Position numbers and translations under genes: made by a program. Shown one piece after another: positions 1 to 9,237 of a stretch of DNA of 64,000 bases (position 1 is its first letter; the number at the start of each line of letters is the position of its first letter). The stretch is from an uncultured Verrucomicrobiae bacterium. GTDB taxonomy: Bacteria; Verrucomicrobiota; Verrucomicrobiia; Chthoniobacterales; Chthoniobacteraceae. The stretch covers positions 2,016,001 through 2,080,000 of the forward strand of contig CAWIKF010000002.1 in the NCBI GenBank assembly GCA_963836755.1. Reading direction: 5' to 3'. The notes under the pieces were generated by a model that did no database searches, was not told where the DNA came from, and was given only the letters and a program-made list of their open reading frames with translations.

Positions 1-172
1 CCTGAATGATTGATACTTCCGCCGCAATCGCATGCTCCGCTTTTGGCGCGCTGCCTTCATGCTGGCCGAGCAAATAGTTTTCCAGATTGTAGCTGGTGAA
101 AACGATCTCGCCTGCGCGCAGCGAGCCCAGCGCCAGACCAAACTCAAAGACGAAAAGTAGAACGCGCTTCAA
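1..172 (-). CDS. Endonuclease/exonuclease/phosphatase family protein, N-terminal part (runs off window)
   Basis: Manual translation from TTG 172: MKRVLLFVFEFGLALGSLRAGEIVFTSYNLENYLL...; signal peptide then the family-typical SYNLENY motif. Confidence 0.6.
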   Translation of the reverse strand, partial: MKRVLLFVFEFGLALGSLRAGEIVFTSYNLENYLLGQHEGSAPKAEHAIAAEVSIIQ

Positions 173-193
173 AATCGCGTCCGCCGCCGAAAG

Positions 194-544
194 TTACGAA
201 GGGTGATTTTCGCTGCCGTTGATCACGGTCGTCGCAGGTGCGGGCGCGGTTGCCACGGCAGTCTGAGCCGGTGCAATGGTTTCCGCCGCTTGCGCCGTGG
301 CTACCGGCTCGGAGGCCTTGTGCTCGAGAGCTCCCGGCGCGGGCTGCACGACCACTTCTGTCGTCACAGGCCTGGTCAGCTCATGCTCAAACTCGTCCTT
401 CGCCTTGCTAAATTCGCGAACAGCCTGGCCCATTCCACGCGCCAGCTCGGGCAACTTCTTTGCGCCGAAGAGCAGCAGCACAATCAACAGAATGACCAAA
501 AGGTCGGGGCCCGCGAGATTAAAGAGACTGGCGATGATGTTCAT
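194..544 (-). CDS. tatA: Twin-arginine translocase TatA/E subunit
   Basis: TM helix + LLFGAKKLPELARGMGQAVREF amphipathic helix; start taken at MNIIAS. Confidence 0.92.
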   Translation of the reverse strand: MNIIASLFNLAGPDLLVILLIVLLLFGAKKLPELARGMGQAVREFSKAKDEFEHELTRPVTTEVVVQPAPGALEHKASEPVATAQAAETIAPAQTAVATAPAPATTVINGSENHPS

Positions 545-607
545 GGCTATCCATTTAACTAGCATCGGTGGCCAGTGGTTGCAAAGAAAACTGCCCCGCC
601 CGCGGCG

Positions 608-1363
608 CTACGGCATGAGCGCCTTCACGGCCTCGATCGGCGGCAGGCTCCATGCGGTCTGCTTGCGCTGATATTGGCTCCACGGAAGCAGCACATATTC
701 CGGATGCGCATCGGCACGCAGCCAGCGGATCATTTTCAAAAGATCCGCCTCCGCCATGCTCGTGCAGCCGGAGGTCGGTCGCGCGACGCCGCGGCGAATG
801 TGGAAAAAAATCGCGCTGCCCGCGCCCGGCACTGCGGGGTTTTCGTTGTGCTGGATGTCGATAAGCCAGTGATACGCAAAGTCGCCCGGGCGCATCTGCT
901 CCTTGCTAAACCATGCCGGCGGATTCTTCGGATCGATCTCGACATGCTGGTTGTATTGCGGCGAGCGCGGATCATCGATCCACGCGTCGCGATCCGTCAC
1001 TTGATGGAAAGGATAATCCGCGCCCGCGGGCAGCTTCGGCTCGTAGCCGTAGATTTTTCCGAGCTGGAAAATCCCCGCCGGCGCGCGCTTGTCGTGCTCC
1101 GTTTTTTTCGTGCCGGCTTCATCCTGTCCCTTCACGCCGCGTCCCCACGCGAGACCGTTCCGGCCGTAAAGCACCGGCCACGCATCCGATGCCGGCAGCC
1201 ATTGACCACCCGGCTTGTCGCGTTGAAAAAGCTGCAGCTTGCCGTGATTGGAATTCCAGTCTGGCGCGATGCTCACGATCAACTGCCGCACTTGCGCATC
1301 CACTCCATCCGCGCGGGCGAACTGCGGCAGCAAAAGCAAGAAAAGGAACGCAAGATTTCGCAT
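608..1363 (-). CDS. L,D-transpeptidase (YkuD-like) family secreted protein
   Basis: Signal peptide MRNLAFLF...ARA; GSAIFFH...PTSGC catalytic His/Cys motif; KTEHDKRAPAG. Confidence 0.8.
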   Translation of the reverse strand: MRNLAFLFLLLLPQFARADGVDAQVRQLIVSIAPDWNSNHGKLQLFQRDKPGGQWLPASDAWPVLYGRNGLAWGRGVKGQDEAGTKKTEHDKRAPAGIFQLGKIYGYEPKLPAGADYPFHQVTDRDAWIDDPRSPQYNQHVEIDPKNPPAWFSKEQMRPGDFAYHWLIDIQHNENPAVPGAGSAIFFHIRRGVARPTSGCTSMAEADLLKMIRWLRADAHPEYVLLPWSQYQRKQTAWSLPPIEAVKALMP

Positions 1364-1433
1364 CGCGTCAAAGTGCAATCCCGAAGACACGAGCGCAACA
1401 GCCAACCCGCTCGGAAAATCCGGTACCGCACTC

Positions 1434-1784
1434 GTGCGCACCATCCTACTCCTTTGCTGCTCAAACGTCTTCATGACCTTCGCTTGGTATGGCCACCTCA
1501 AATACGGCCACGCTTGGCCTCTCTGGAAAGCGATCGTCATCTCCTGGCTCATCGCCGGCGCGGAATATTGCTTCGCCGTCCCCGCCAATCGCCTCGGCTA
1601 CGGCGAGTTGAACGGCTTTCAGCTCAAGATCATCCAGGAATGCGTCACGCTGATCGTCTTCATCGTTTTCGCGATCACATTCCTCAATGAAAAAATTGCG
1701 TGGAACTATCTCGTCTCATTCACGCTCATCGCGCTCGCGGCGTTCTTCGCGTTTGCGTTCAAAAGCGGTCCGGCAGCTGGATAG
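1434..1784 (+). CDS. DMT family small membrane protein (DUF486-like)
   Basis: SNVFMTFAWYGHLK...EYCFAVPANRLG...QLKIIQE motifs; GTG start at 1434. Confidence 0.85.
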   Translation: MRTILLLCCSNVFMTFAWYGHLKYGHAWPLWKAIVISWLIAGAEYCFAVPANRLGYGELNGFQLKIIQECVTLIVFIVFAITFLNEKIAWNYLVSFTLIALAAFFAFAFKSGPAAG

Positions 1785-1788
1785 CCAA

Positions 1789-2445
1789 TCAGCGCGTCGT
1801 CGCGAACCAGATGGCGATGTAATGGCACGCGCTGCCGAGCATGACAAAAAAATGCCAGAGCGGATGCAGCGCGAACCTTTTCCGCGAGGCGAGATAGACC
1901 GGCACGCCCGCAGTGTATGCCGCGCCGCCGATCATCAGCCATTCGATCGCCGACCATGAAGTGGCGCAAAAAATTGCATGCAACGAAACGAGCGGAAACC
2001 AGCCCAGCACGAGATAGCTCAGGATCGAAATCCGCGGATGCCGCAGACCGCAGATGAGTTTGAACGCGATGCCGCCGGCTGCCAGCAACCACGCCAAAAC
2101 CAAAAGCGCCACCCCTTGCGTTCCGCCGAGCCGGACCAGAAATGGCGTAAAAGTTCCCGCGATGAGCAAATAAATCGTCGAATGGTCGAGCACCTCGAGA
2201 CGGAGCCGCAGCCGATGCGCGCTTCCGATGTGCAGGCAAGTCGAGGCAGCGTAAACCGCGGCAAGCGTGATCCCATAAATCAGGCTGCTCGCAAAGTCCG
2301 CCGGAGTTCTCGTATGGCGCAGGAGCAGAAAAATGGCCGGCACACACAGCGCGAGGCCAGTGCCGTGCGTGATGACGTTACCGACTTCGTTTGCCGGGGG
2401 ATAAAACCGGCCGGTGCTTTGCAGCGGCAAGCTTTGCTCCTGCAC
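1789..2445 (-). CDS. Hemolysin III / PAQR family membrane protein
   Basis: ExxNxxTH, LDHSTIYLLIAGTFTP, HPLWHFFV motifs. Confidence 0.9.
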   Translation of the reverse strand: MQEQSLPLQSTGRFYPPANEVGNVITHGTGLALCVPAIFLLLRHTRTPADFASSLIYGITLAAVYAASTCLHIGSAHRLRLRLEVLDHSTIYLLIAGTFTPFLVRLGGTQGVALLVLAWLLAAGGIAFKLICGLRHPRISILSYLVLGWFPLVSLHAIFCATSWSAIEWLMIGGAAYTAGVPVYLASRKRFALHPLWHFFVMLGSACHYIAIWFATTR

Positions 2446-2467
2446 TAACGGAAAAAAATTACCGCCG

Positions 2468-3835
2468 TCATTTCAATTCCTCGACCACGATTCGCGCGCC
2501 TTCCACCGCGAGCACGCGGAGCGGCGAGCTGCGCTCCACAAATTCGCCACGCGTGACGACATCGACGAGGAAATCGCCGAATTGCGCGTTGCCACTCGGC
2601 CGCAGCATCGACTTCGCAATCCCCTCCGCGCCGATCGGCACGCGAGTAGGTGAAGCGACGGTCGCCGGCGAAAAAGAAGGTCCGCTCGGATTTGATCGAG
2701 CGAGAACCAGGCGATTGTAAAACATGCTGCGCGGCAACATTTTCCCGAGCATGATGATGACGATGATCGCCGCGGCGAGCGCACCGCCCAGCTTTGCAAG
2801 CGGGACGTAAAGCATCGGCGCGGTCGGCCAAAACGGCTGGCCGGGATAACGGTCGATCATCGCCCAAAGCAGTGCGCCGATCATCAGCATCACGCCGGTT
2901 ACGCCGGGAATCACGGTCCCTGGATGCAGCAGCAATTCGCTGAGCACCAGCGCGACGCCAACTACAAAAACGGCGACAACCTCCCAGCCCGCGAGTCCCG
3001 CGAGATAATGCCCGCCGAAGAAAATCAGAAACGCAATCGCCGCCATCGTGCCCGGAATCATCGTGCCGTGCATTTTGAATTCGAGATACGCGCCGACGAT
3101 TCCGATCAGCAAAAAAATCGGCGAAAATTCTGTCACCCAAAATGCGAGCCGCTCAAAGCCGCTCGCCTCGACGCGATGCAAAGTTCCAGGGTGATGCGAT
3201 TTGTTTAACACCTCTTCAAGCGATGCCGCCATGCCGCTGGCCAGCACCGGTTTCCCATTAATCACACGCGTCGCCTCCTGCGCGCTGAGCGTGAGCAACG
3301 TCCCTTTCGGGTGCACGACCACGTCGCCGATCTTCACTTCGGCATCTTTTGAAATAAAAGCCTCGGCGATGTCTGGATTGTAGCCGTTGCGCTGCGCGGC
3401 GCTGCGGAAATAGCCGGAAAAATAGGAGACAATTTTGTCGTTCATCGTCGTCGGCAGATTTTGGCCGCCGCTCATCACCGGCGCAGCCGCGCCGATCGCG
3501 CTCACCGGCGCCATGTAAATTTGCTGCGTGCACAGCGCGACCAGCGCGCCCGCCGAGCCGGCATTCGTGTCGATGTAAGTCAGCGTTGGCACGCGCATTT
3601 TGAAAAGCGCGTCGTGCATCTTCGTGGCCGCATCGAGCGCGCCGCCGTAGGTATCCATGTCGAGAATGACAGCGCTCGCGTGGCTTTCCTCCGCCTCTTT
3701 TAATGCGCGCCGGACGAACATGAATTGCGCGTCCGAGATTTCACCGTGCAGTGGAATGACGAAAACTTCATCAGCGAAAACGCCGCTCGCCAGCAGCGAG
3801 AGCAGCATGACCGCGCATAGCAGACAGCGTTTCAT
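2468..3835 (-). CDS. nfeD: NfeD family membrane-bound serine protease (long form)
   Basis: ClpP-like domain (DTYGG, AGSAGA, IGAAAP), TM bundle, C-terminal OB-fold LRPSG...DVVTRGEF. Confidence 0.88.
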   Translation of the reverse strand: MKRCLLCAVMLLSLLASGVFADEVFVIPLHGEISDAQFMFVRRALKEAEESHASAVILDMDTYGGALDAATKMHDALFKMRVPTLTYIDTNAGSAGALVALCTQQIYMAPVSAIGAAAPVMSGGQNLPTTMNDKIVSYFSGYFRSAAQRNGYNPDIAEAFISKDAEVKIGDVVVHPKGTLLTLSAQEATRVINGKPVLASGMAASLEEVLNKSHHPGTLHRVEASGFERLAFWVTEFSPIFLLIGIVGAYLEFKMHGTMIPGTMAAIAFLIFFGGHYLAGLAGWEVVAVFVVGVALVLSELLLHPGTVIPGVTGVMLMIGALLWAMIDRYPGQPFWPTAPMLYVPLAKLGGALAAAIIVIIMLGKMLPRSMFYNRLVLARSNPSGPSFSPATVASPTRVPIGAEGIAKSMLRPSGNAQFGDFLVDVVTRGEFVERSSPLRVLAVEGARIVVEELK

Positions 3836-3867
3836 TGCAATCAATTTCAGCTCGCGCAGCGGCAATC

Positions 3868-4503
3868 TCAAGTCAAACCGATGTTAAACACGCAGCGATA
3901 CAGGCCGGACACCGCGCTTTCCTCGCGCGTGACGCTCATCCGCAGCACGCGCTGAAACATTTCGCTCTCGAGCCGCGCGACGATCGGAAACGCGCGCAGC
4001 AAATCGAGGATCGGCGAATGATGTTCGATGATGCGCAGCGCGCCCTCGTCCGAAAAATCCGCCATGTAGCCTTCGTTGTCGCGCAGGCGAGCGAGCCATT
4101 TTGCGCGAGCGGCCGGCGAATCGCCTTTCAACTTTGACGCGTAATGCGCTGCTTTGTTTTGAAAAATCGTAAAAAGCAATTTCTCCGCGGAGCTTGGCCC
4201 ATAAAGCCTCTTCGCCGATTCGAGCAGCTCGATCGTGATCGCGTTGCTCTCGTGCGGAAAAAGTTCGTGCGCGCGATGCGTGAGCCGGTAGAGCATTTCC
4301 GGGCGGCCAATCGGCTTCGGCCGCCGCCACGTGTCGAGATAGCCATCCTTGTGCAGGTCGACGCAGTGCTGCTTTACGCCCATATAACTCATGTTTAACG
4401 CATCGGCGAGTTCGCTGACCGCCAGGCCCTGCGTCCGCTTCAGTTTGTTGACGATCTGCAGCCGCTGGCTTTTGCCGATCTCGGAGATGAGTTTCTGGTT
4501 CAC
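3868..4503 (-). CDS. SufR/ArsR-like winged-helix transcriptional regulator
   Basis: HTH ELADALNMSYMGVKQH, GRP..YRLT motif, SufR-like C-terminal domain. Confidence 0.78.
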   Translation of the reverse strand: MNQKLISEIGKSQRLQIVNKLKRTQGLAVSELADALNMSYMGVKQHCVDLHKDGYLDTWRRPKPIGRPEMLYRLTHRAHELFPHESNAITIELLESAKRLYGPSSAEKLLFTIFQNKAAHYASKLKGDSPAARAKWLARLRDNEGYMADFSDEGALRIIEHHSPILDLLRAFPIVARLESEMFQRVLRMSVTREESAVSGLYRCVFNIGLT

Positions 4504-4512
4504 GCGCGACGC

Positions 4513-5868
4513 TCAATCTTTGACAGCGCGGGCGCGCAGAGGCAAGGCCAGGCCGACCGCGAACACGGCGACGAGCGCGACGTCCATCATCAAGCGCGGC
4601 AGCGATGACGTGACGTGATAGCGATAATTTGGCCACGCGCTGAAAATGTAGATGCCGCCGTAAAGCGCGACCGGCATCAGGATCGCAGCGACTAAAATCA
4701 GCGCCTGCTGCTCACGGCCGCGCCGCGAAAGATCAGCAAGCGCGAACGCAGCGATGATCCAAAGCACGCTCCAGCGGCTCCAGTTCACGATCTCGCCGGC
4801 GGCAAATTTCGCGACGAGCAGGATGCGCAGCCAGTTTTGAAGAAAAATGACGCGCGTGAATGGCAAAAAGTCCGTCTGCGGCGGCGCTTTCATCAGCACG
4901 AGAAAAAGTTTCCAGCCGCAAAAGATCAACATCGCCGGAATTGCCGCGGCCAGCATCCATCGAGCTTCACGCCGTTTCGCCGCAACGACAAAGCCGATCA
5001 AAAACAGGCATCCCGCGAGAATCACGCCTTCCTGTTTCACCCACGGCAAAATCGCCGCGCAACATGCAAACAATCGCAGCGAACCGAGCGCGCCGCCGCG
5101 TGCGTAATCGAGCAGATAGATGACGGCGGCGAGATAGACCGTCGCGAGCGGAAAATCCGCCCAGCCCGAGCTTGCGCTGCCGGGCCCGATGACGAGGCAC
5201 GGCACGAAAAACGGGAGCAGCGTTCCGGCGATCGCGAGCCGCGCGTCTCGAGTCAGCTTAAAAATTCCGCCGCTTAAAAGCATTGCCGCCGCAAGATAAA
5301 CGAATGGGAACAAAACTTTCGCCCAACCTTGATGCGGCTCGCCGATCCAGCTGTAGAGCCATTCTTCGAGCATTGGCAGGCCGGCCGGATATTGCGGATG
5401 GCTCCAGAGTCGCTCGATGTCCGTGAAGGTGGAACTCGGGATTCGTCCGCCGTTGAGCGCGGCAATGTGCGCCTTGATTTCCCAGCAGAAGAGGCCGTCC
5501 CAACGCAGCGTTTGCGCAATCGATTGCCACGCGACGAACGCGATTTGCACGCCAAAAATGGCGAGAAAAATCACCCCGAGCAGTCCGATCTCGCGCGGCC
5601 ATTCCAACTCAAAATCATTTCGCGCGCGGAAAAAGCCGAAGGCGCCGAACGCAATCGCCAATGCCGCGACGATCCAGTGCAAGAGCGGATCGGGTGCGAC
5701 CAAACCGACGATGAAAAGTGCGAGTGAAATGATCGCGCCGCCAAAAAGCACCGCGACGCCGAGCAGTTCCGCGACATTTGCGCCGCGTCGCGGCATCGTC
5801 AAAATCGCCGCGCCTTTGCCTGCGCATGCGATGAGCGCCAGCGCGAAAGTGACTCGCGCGCAAATCAC
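4513..5868 (-). CDS. Polytopic membrane protein, putative GT-C glycosyltransferase
   Basis: Many TM segments; WDG..W..KA, HPQYP, GWADFP, KQEG motifs. Confidence 0.6.
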   Translation of the reverse strand: MICARVTFALALIACAGKGAAILTMPRRGANVAELLGVAVLFGGAIISLALFIVGLVAPDPLLHWIVAALAIAFGAFGFFRARNDFELEWPREIGLLGVIFLAIFGVQIAFVAWQSIAQTLRWDGLFCWEIKAHIAALNGGRIPSSTFTDIERLWSHPQYPAGLPMLEEWLYSWIGEPHQGWAKVLFPFVYLAAAMLLSGGIFKLTRDARLAIAGTLLPFFVPCLVIGPGSASSGWADFPLATVYLAAVIYLLDYARGGALGSLRLFACCAAILPWVKQEGVILAGCLFLIGFVVAAKRREARWMLAAAIPAMLIFCGWKLFLVLMKAPPQTDFLPFTRVIFLQNWLRILLVAKFAAGEIVNWSRWSVLWIIAAFALADLSRRGREQQALILVAAILMPVALYGGIYIFSAWPNYRYHVTSSLPRLMMDVALVAVFAVGLALPLRARAVKD

Positions 5869-6335
5869 GGTGCTTTGTCCGGAAGCGGCACCAGCACAAG
5901 GTTCGGGCCGAGATTATGTGCGCGCGCGACGAGCTCTGGCGGCGGCGGCACGAGATAGAAAAGCATCGCGGCCACGTCGACTCGGCTGCGCGGCAGATCG
6001 TTGTAATCAGAAACTTTGTCGCCATTCATTTGCCCCAGCGCCCAGACCGGACGCGGCCACGCAATGTAGCTGAGCAAATAATGGATCTCAGGAAAGTGCC
6101 AGTTGTCGCCGGGACCGATAACCATCAAAGCGCGGTCGCGCGGGATGCCGTCGAGCGCGACGTCGAGGAGGCGCGTGCCGTCGCCCAGTTGCAAAAGCGA
6201 AAGCGACATTTCATCGGTGGTCGCGTCCGGTTCGCGGACGAGCGGGGCGCGCCATTCGATGTGCGGGACGATGCCGCGGATGCCCGCCGCAACAAAGGCG
6301 GCGAGCACCAAAATCCAAATCGAGAGGCGCAGCAT
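5865..6335 (-). CDS. Hypothetical membrane-anchored protein
   Basis: N-terminal hydrophobic helix; stop overlaps the start of the next gene by 4 nt. Confidence 0.6.
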   Translation of the reverse strand: MLRLSIWILVLAAFVAAGIRGIVPHIEWRAPLVREPDATTDEMSLSLLQLGDGTRLLDVALDGIPRDRALMVIGPGDNWHFPEIHYLLSYIAWPRPVWALGQMNGDKVSDYNDLPRSRVDVAAMLFYLVPPPPELVARAHNLGPNLVLVPLPDKAP

Positions 6336-6371
6336 GCGGGGGGATTAACGGAAATTCCGTGCCTTTACTGC

Positions 6372-6407
6372 AAAAAAAACGGCCGATGCCTGCAAAGGCA
6401 TCGGCCG
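6372..6407 (-). terminator. Intrinsic terminator of degP
   Basis: ggccgatgcct-gcaa-aggcatcggcc hairpin with an A8 run (U-tract on the minus strand). Confidence 0.85.
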
Positions 6408-6422
6408 CCCAACCAAGGAAAT

Positions 6423-7871
6423 TTACTGGTGTGTCTGCAGAACCGCGTAGGTCTTTTGGCCACCGCGTTCGATAAACAAGAGCACACGCTTGTTTGGATC
6501 GTGATTTTTCAGCGCGGCGCGGAAATCGGCGCTGTTGGTCACCGGTTTTTGATCGACCTCGGTGATCACGTCTTTCGCCTCGAGACCCGCTTCATCAGCG
6601 GGGCTGCCGGGCGCGACGGCATCGACTGCAACTCCGCCACCGGACTTTGTTTTCATTTTTTCGGCGAGCTCTTTGCTCAAGTCGGAAACTTTCAACCCAT
6701 AGAAATCCTCTTTCGCTGCGCCGTTGGCTTTTGGCGCGGAGACGTTGGCGACTTTCGTGAAATCGTTCGGAAGCTCGCCAGTCGTAACCGCGACTTTGAC
6801 GCTTTTGCCGTCGCGCCAGACGGAAAGTTCCAGCGGCTGGCCGACCTTCTTTTTGAGCACTTCTTTTTGCAGGTCATGCGCATTCGTCACGGCGACGCCG
6901 TCGACTTGCGTGATTACGTCGGCGGGCCGCAAATCGCTTTTGTAGGCGGGCGCGTTCGGCTCGATCGTGTCCACGACGACGCCTTTGTCGATGCCTTTGA
7001 TGTGCTCGGCGAGCGAAGGATTGTCGCCGAGCGTTTCAATGCGAATGCCGAGCCAAGGGCGGATGATTTTGCCGGTGCTGATGAGTTGGTTGCCGACCTC
7101 GGCGAGCATGTTCGACGGGATCGCAAAGGCGAGGCCGCGGCCGATGCCGTTGATGAGGGTGTTCATGCCGATGATGCGGCCGTCCACGTCGATGAGCGGG
7201 CCGCCGCTGTTGCCCGGATTGATGAACGCGTCGGTCTGGATGTAATCCTCGTATTTCGGGTGGGTCTGGTCGCCGGTGAGGTTCGTGCGGCTTTTCGCGC
7301 TGATGATGCCGCTGCTGAAGGAGTAGTCGAGATTGAATGGAATGCCGATGGCGAAGCAGAGCTCGCCGACTTTGACGGCATCGCTATCGGCGAGCGTCGC
7401 GACCGGCAGATTTTTCGCGTCGATTTTTAGAACGGCGATGTCGGTCTTGTCGTCGGAGCCGACGACTTTTGCGGCGAAATGCCGGCCGTCCTTGAGGCGA
7501 ACCTGGACATTGTCCGCGTCTTCAATGACGTGAAAGTTTGTAAAAATGTAACCCTCGGGCCGCACGATGAATCCCGAGCCTTCGCTGCGCGTCGGTGGCG
7601 GCGGCATCTGGAGTTGGCGGCGATGGCCGTTGCCGCCGCCCGGGTTGCCAAAGAAAAAGTCCATCCCCGTCTCCGCATCATCGTCCGTCGCTTTTTTGTC
7701 AGCCTCGATCACCACGACCGATGGCGCGACTTTGTCGAATACGCCGACAAAAGAATCGTTAAGCTGATGGATGACATCCTTCGCCGGCGACCCGGAAGAA
7801 TCGGCGGCGAGCGCGACCGAGCCGGAAATTACGATGCAACCAAGAAAAGAAGCTAAACGATTAATTGTCAT
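6423..7871 (-). CDS. degP: HtrA/DegP (Do family) serine protease with two PDZ domains
   Basis: TNFHV, DIAVLK, INPGNSGGPL catalytic motifs; signal peptide; two PDZ domains. Confidence 0.92.
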   Translation of the reverse strand: MTINRLASFLGCIVISGSVALAADSSGSPAKDVIHQLNDSFVGVFDKVAPSVVVIEADKKATDDDAETGMDFFFGNPGGGNGHRRQLQMPPPPTRSEGSGFIVRPEGYIFTNFHVIEDADNVQVRLKDGRHFAAKVVGSDDKTDIAVLKIDAKNLPVATLADSDAVKVGELCFAIGIPFNLDYSFSSGIISAKSRTNLTGDQTHPKYEDYIQTDAFINPGNSGGPLIDVDGRIIGMNTLINGIGRGLAFAIPSNMLAEVGNQLISTGKIIRPWLGIRIETLGDNPSLAEHIKGIDKGVVVDTIEPNAPAYKSDLRPADVITQVDGVAVTNAHDLQKEVLKKKVGQPLELSVWRDGKSVKVAVTTGELPNDFTKVANVSAPKANGAAKEDFYGLKVSDLSKELAEKMKTKSGGGVAVDAVAPGSPADEAGLEAKDVITEVDQKPVTNSADFRAALKNHDPNKRVLLFIERGGQKTYAVLQTHQ

Positions 7872-7998
7872 ACCGAAGTGGATGCTTTGACACGCACACT
7901 CCAAATTTCGTTCAAAGCCAGCGCAGCGTGGTCGGAGCTTGCATTGCGCCTGTTTGACATCGTCTCGATTCAGCCTTAGCTCTGCGCCCAAGCACTTC

Positions 7999-9204
7999 AT
8001 GGAACTCACCGCCGTCCGCTCGGAAAAGGCCTTCATCTCACACGCTCCCGGTTATTGGCCGGACGTTGATCCCGTCCAATGGAACGATTGGAAATGGCAG
8101 CTCAAAAACCGCGTCACCTCGCTGCGCCAGCTCGAGGAGCATCTCGTCCTTTCCAACGAAGAGCGCACGGGTGTTTTACTTTCTGGGAACAAACTCGCGC
8201 TCGCCGTCACGCCTCATTTTTTCAACCTCATCGAGCGCGATAATCCCGATTGCCCGATCCGCCGGCAGGTTATCCCGCGCATCGAGGAATCGTGGACTTC
8301 GCCTCATGAAATGGCCGATCCATGCGGCGAAGATTCGCACATGCCGGTGCCGGGCCTGGTCCATCGCTACCCCGATCGCGTCCTCTTTCTCGTCACCGAC
8401 CGGTGCGCGAGCTATTGCCGGTATTGCACGCGCAGCCGCGTCGTCAGCGGCGCTGGCGAGCAGGAATTGCATACCGATTTTGAGCAAATCTATCGCTACC
8501 TCGATGAGCACACCGAAGTCCGCGACGTGCTGCTCTCGGGCGGCGATGCGCTTCTTTTTTCCGACGACAAACTCGAGTCGATCCTGAAACGGCTGCGCGA
8601 CATTCCGCACATCGAGTTCCTGCGCATCGGCTCGCGTGTCCCGATCTTTCTCCCGCAGCGAATCACGCCCGCGCTGTGCGCCATGCTCGGGAAATATCAT
8701 CCGCTCTGGATGAGCGTCCACGTGAACCATCCGCGCGAGTTGACGACCGAGGTGAAACAAGGTCTCGAGCGCCTCGCCAATGCCGGCATCCCGCTCGGCA
8801 ACCAAAGCGTCCTGCTCCGCGGCGTCAATGACAACGCCGACACGATGCGCGACCTCGTGCACAAACTCCTCATGTGCCGCGTCCGCCCGTATTATCTCTA
8901 CCAGCTCGACCTCATCACCGGCTCGTCGCACCTCAAAGTGCCCGTGAGCAAAGGCGTCGAAATCATCGAAGCCCTGCGCGGCCACACCAGCGGCTACGCC
9001 ATTCCGCAATACGTGATCGACGCGCCCGGCGGTGGCGGCAAAGTCCCGATCAATCCCGGCTACACCCTTTCCCACGACTCCGAAAAAGTCGTGATCCGCA
9101 ACTACGAGGGGCGCACCTTCGAATATCCGGAGCAGGGCGCCGCGAAGCCTGTGGAAAAGCCGAAAGTTCCGAAAGTCGATCTCGACTACTTTTACTCCGA
9201 GTAA
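7999..9204 (+). CDS. kamA: KamA family radical SAM enzyme (lysine 2,3-aminomutase-like)
   Basis: HRYPDR, CASYCRYC cluster motif, DAPGGGGK PLP-lysine motif. Confidence 0.88.
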   Translation: MELTAVRSEKAFISHAPGYWPDVDPVQWNDWKWQLKNRVTSLRQLEEHLVLSNEERTGVLLSGNKLALAVTPHFFNLIERDNPDCPIRRQVIPRIEESWTSPHEMADPCGEDSHMPVPGLVHRYPDRVLFLVTDRCASYCRYCTRSRVVSGAGEQELHTDFEQIYRYLDEHTEVRDVLLSGGDALLFSDDKLESILKRLRDIPHIEFLRIGSRVPIFLPQRITPALCAMLGKYHPLWMSVHVNHPRELTTEVKQGLERLANAGIPLGNQSVLLRGVNDNADTMRDLVHKLLMCRVRPYYLYQLDLITGSSHLKVPVSKGVEIIEALRGHTSGYAIPQYVIDAPGGGGKVPINPGYTLSHDSEKVVIRNYEGRTFEYPEQGAAKPVEKPKVPKVDLDYFYSE

Positions 9205-9237
9205 CGGCGACGCGCGGCGTTGGCCACCTGACTCCCG

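Noticed and set aside
5916..7430. Long antisense ORFs (504 aa here; also opposite pnp, argH, kamA and pilC)
   Set aside because: Shadow frames expected from GC-rich codon bias opposite well-supported genes; no recognisable motifs
7999..9204. kamA-family gene as part of a lysine fermentation or EF-P modification cluster
   Set aside because: No kamB/D/E, epmA or efp neighbours; pathway cannot be assigned from this window
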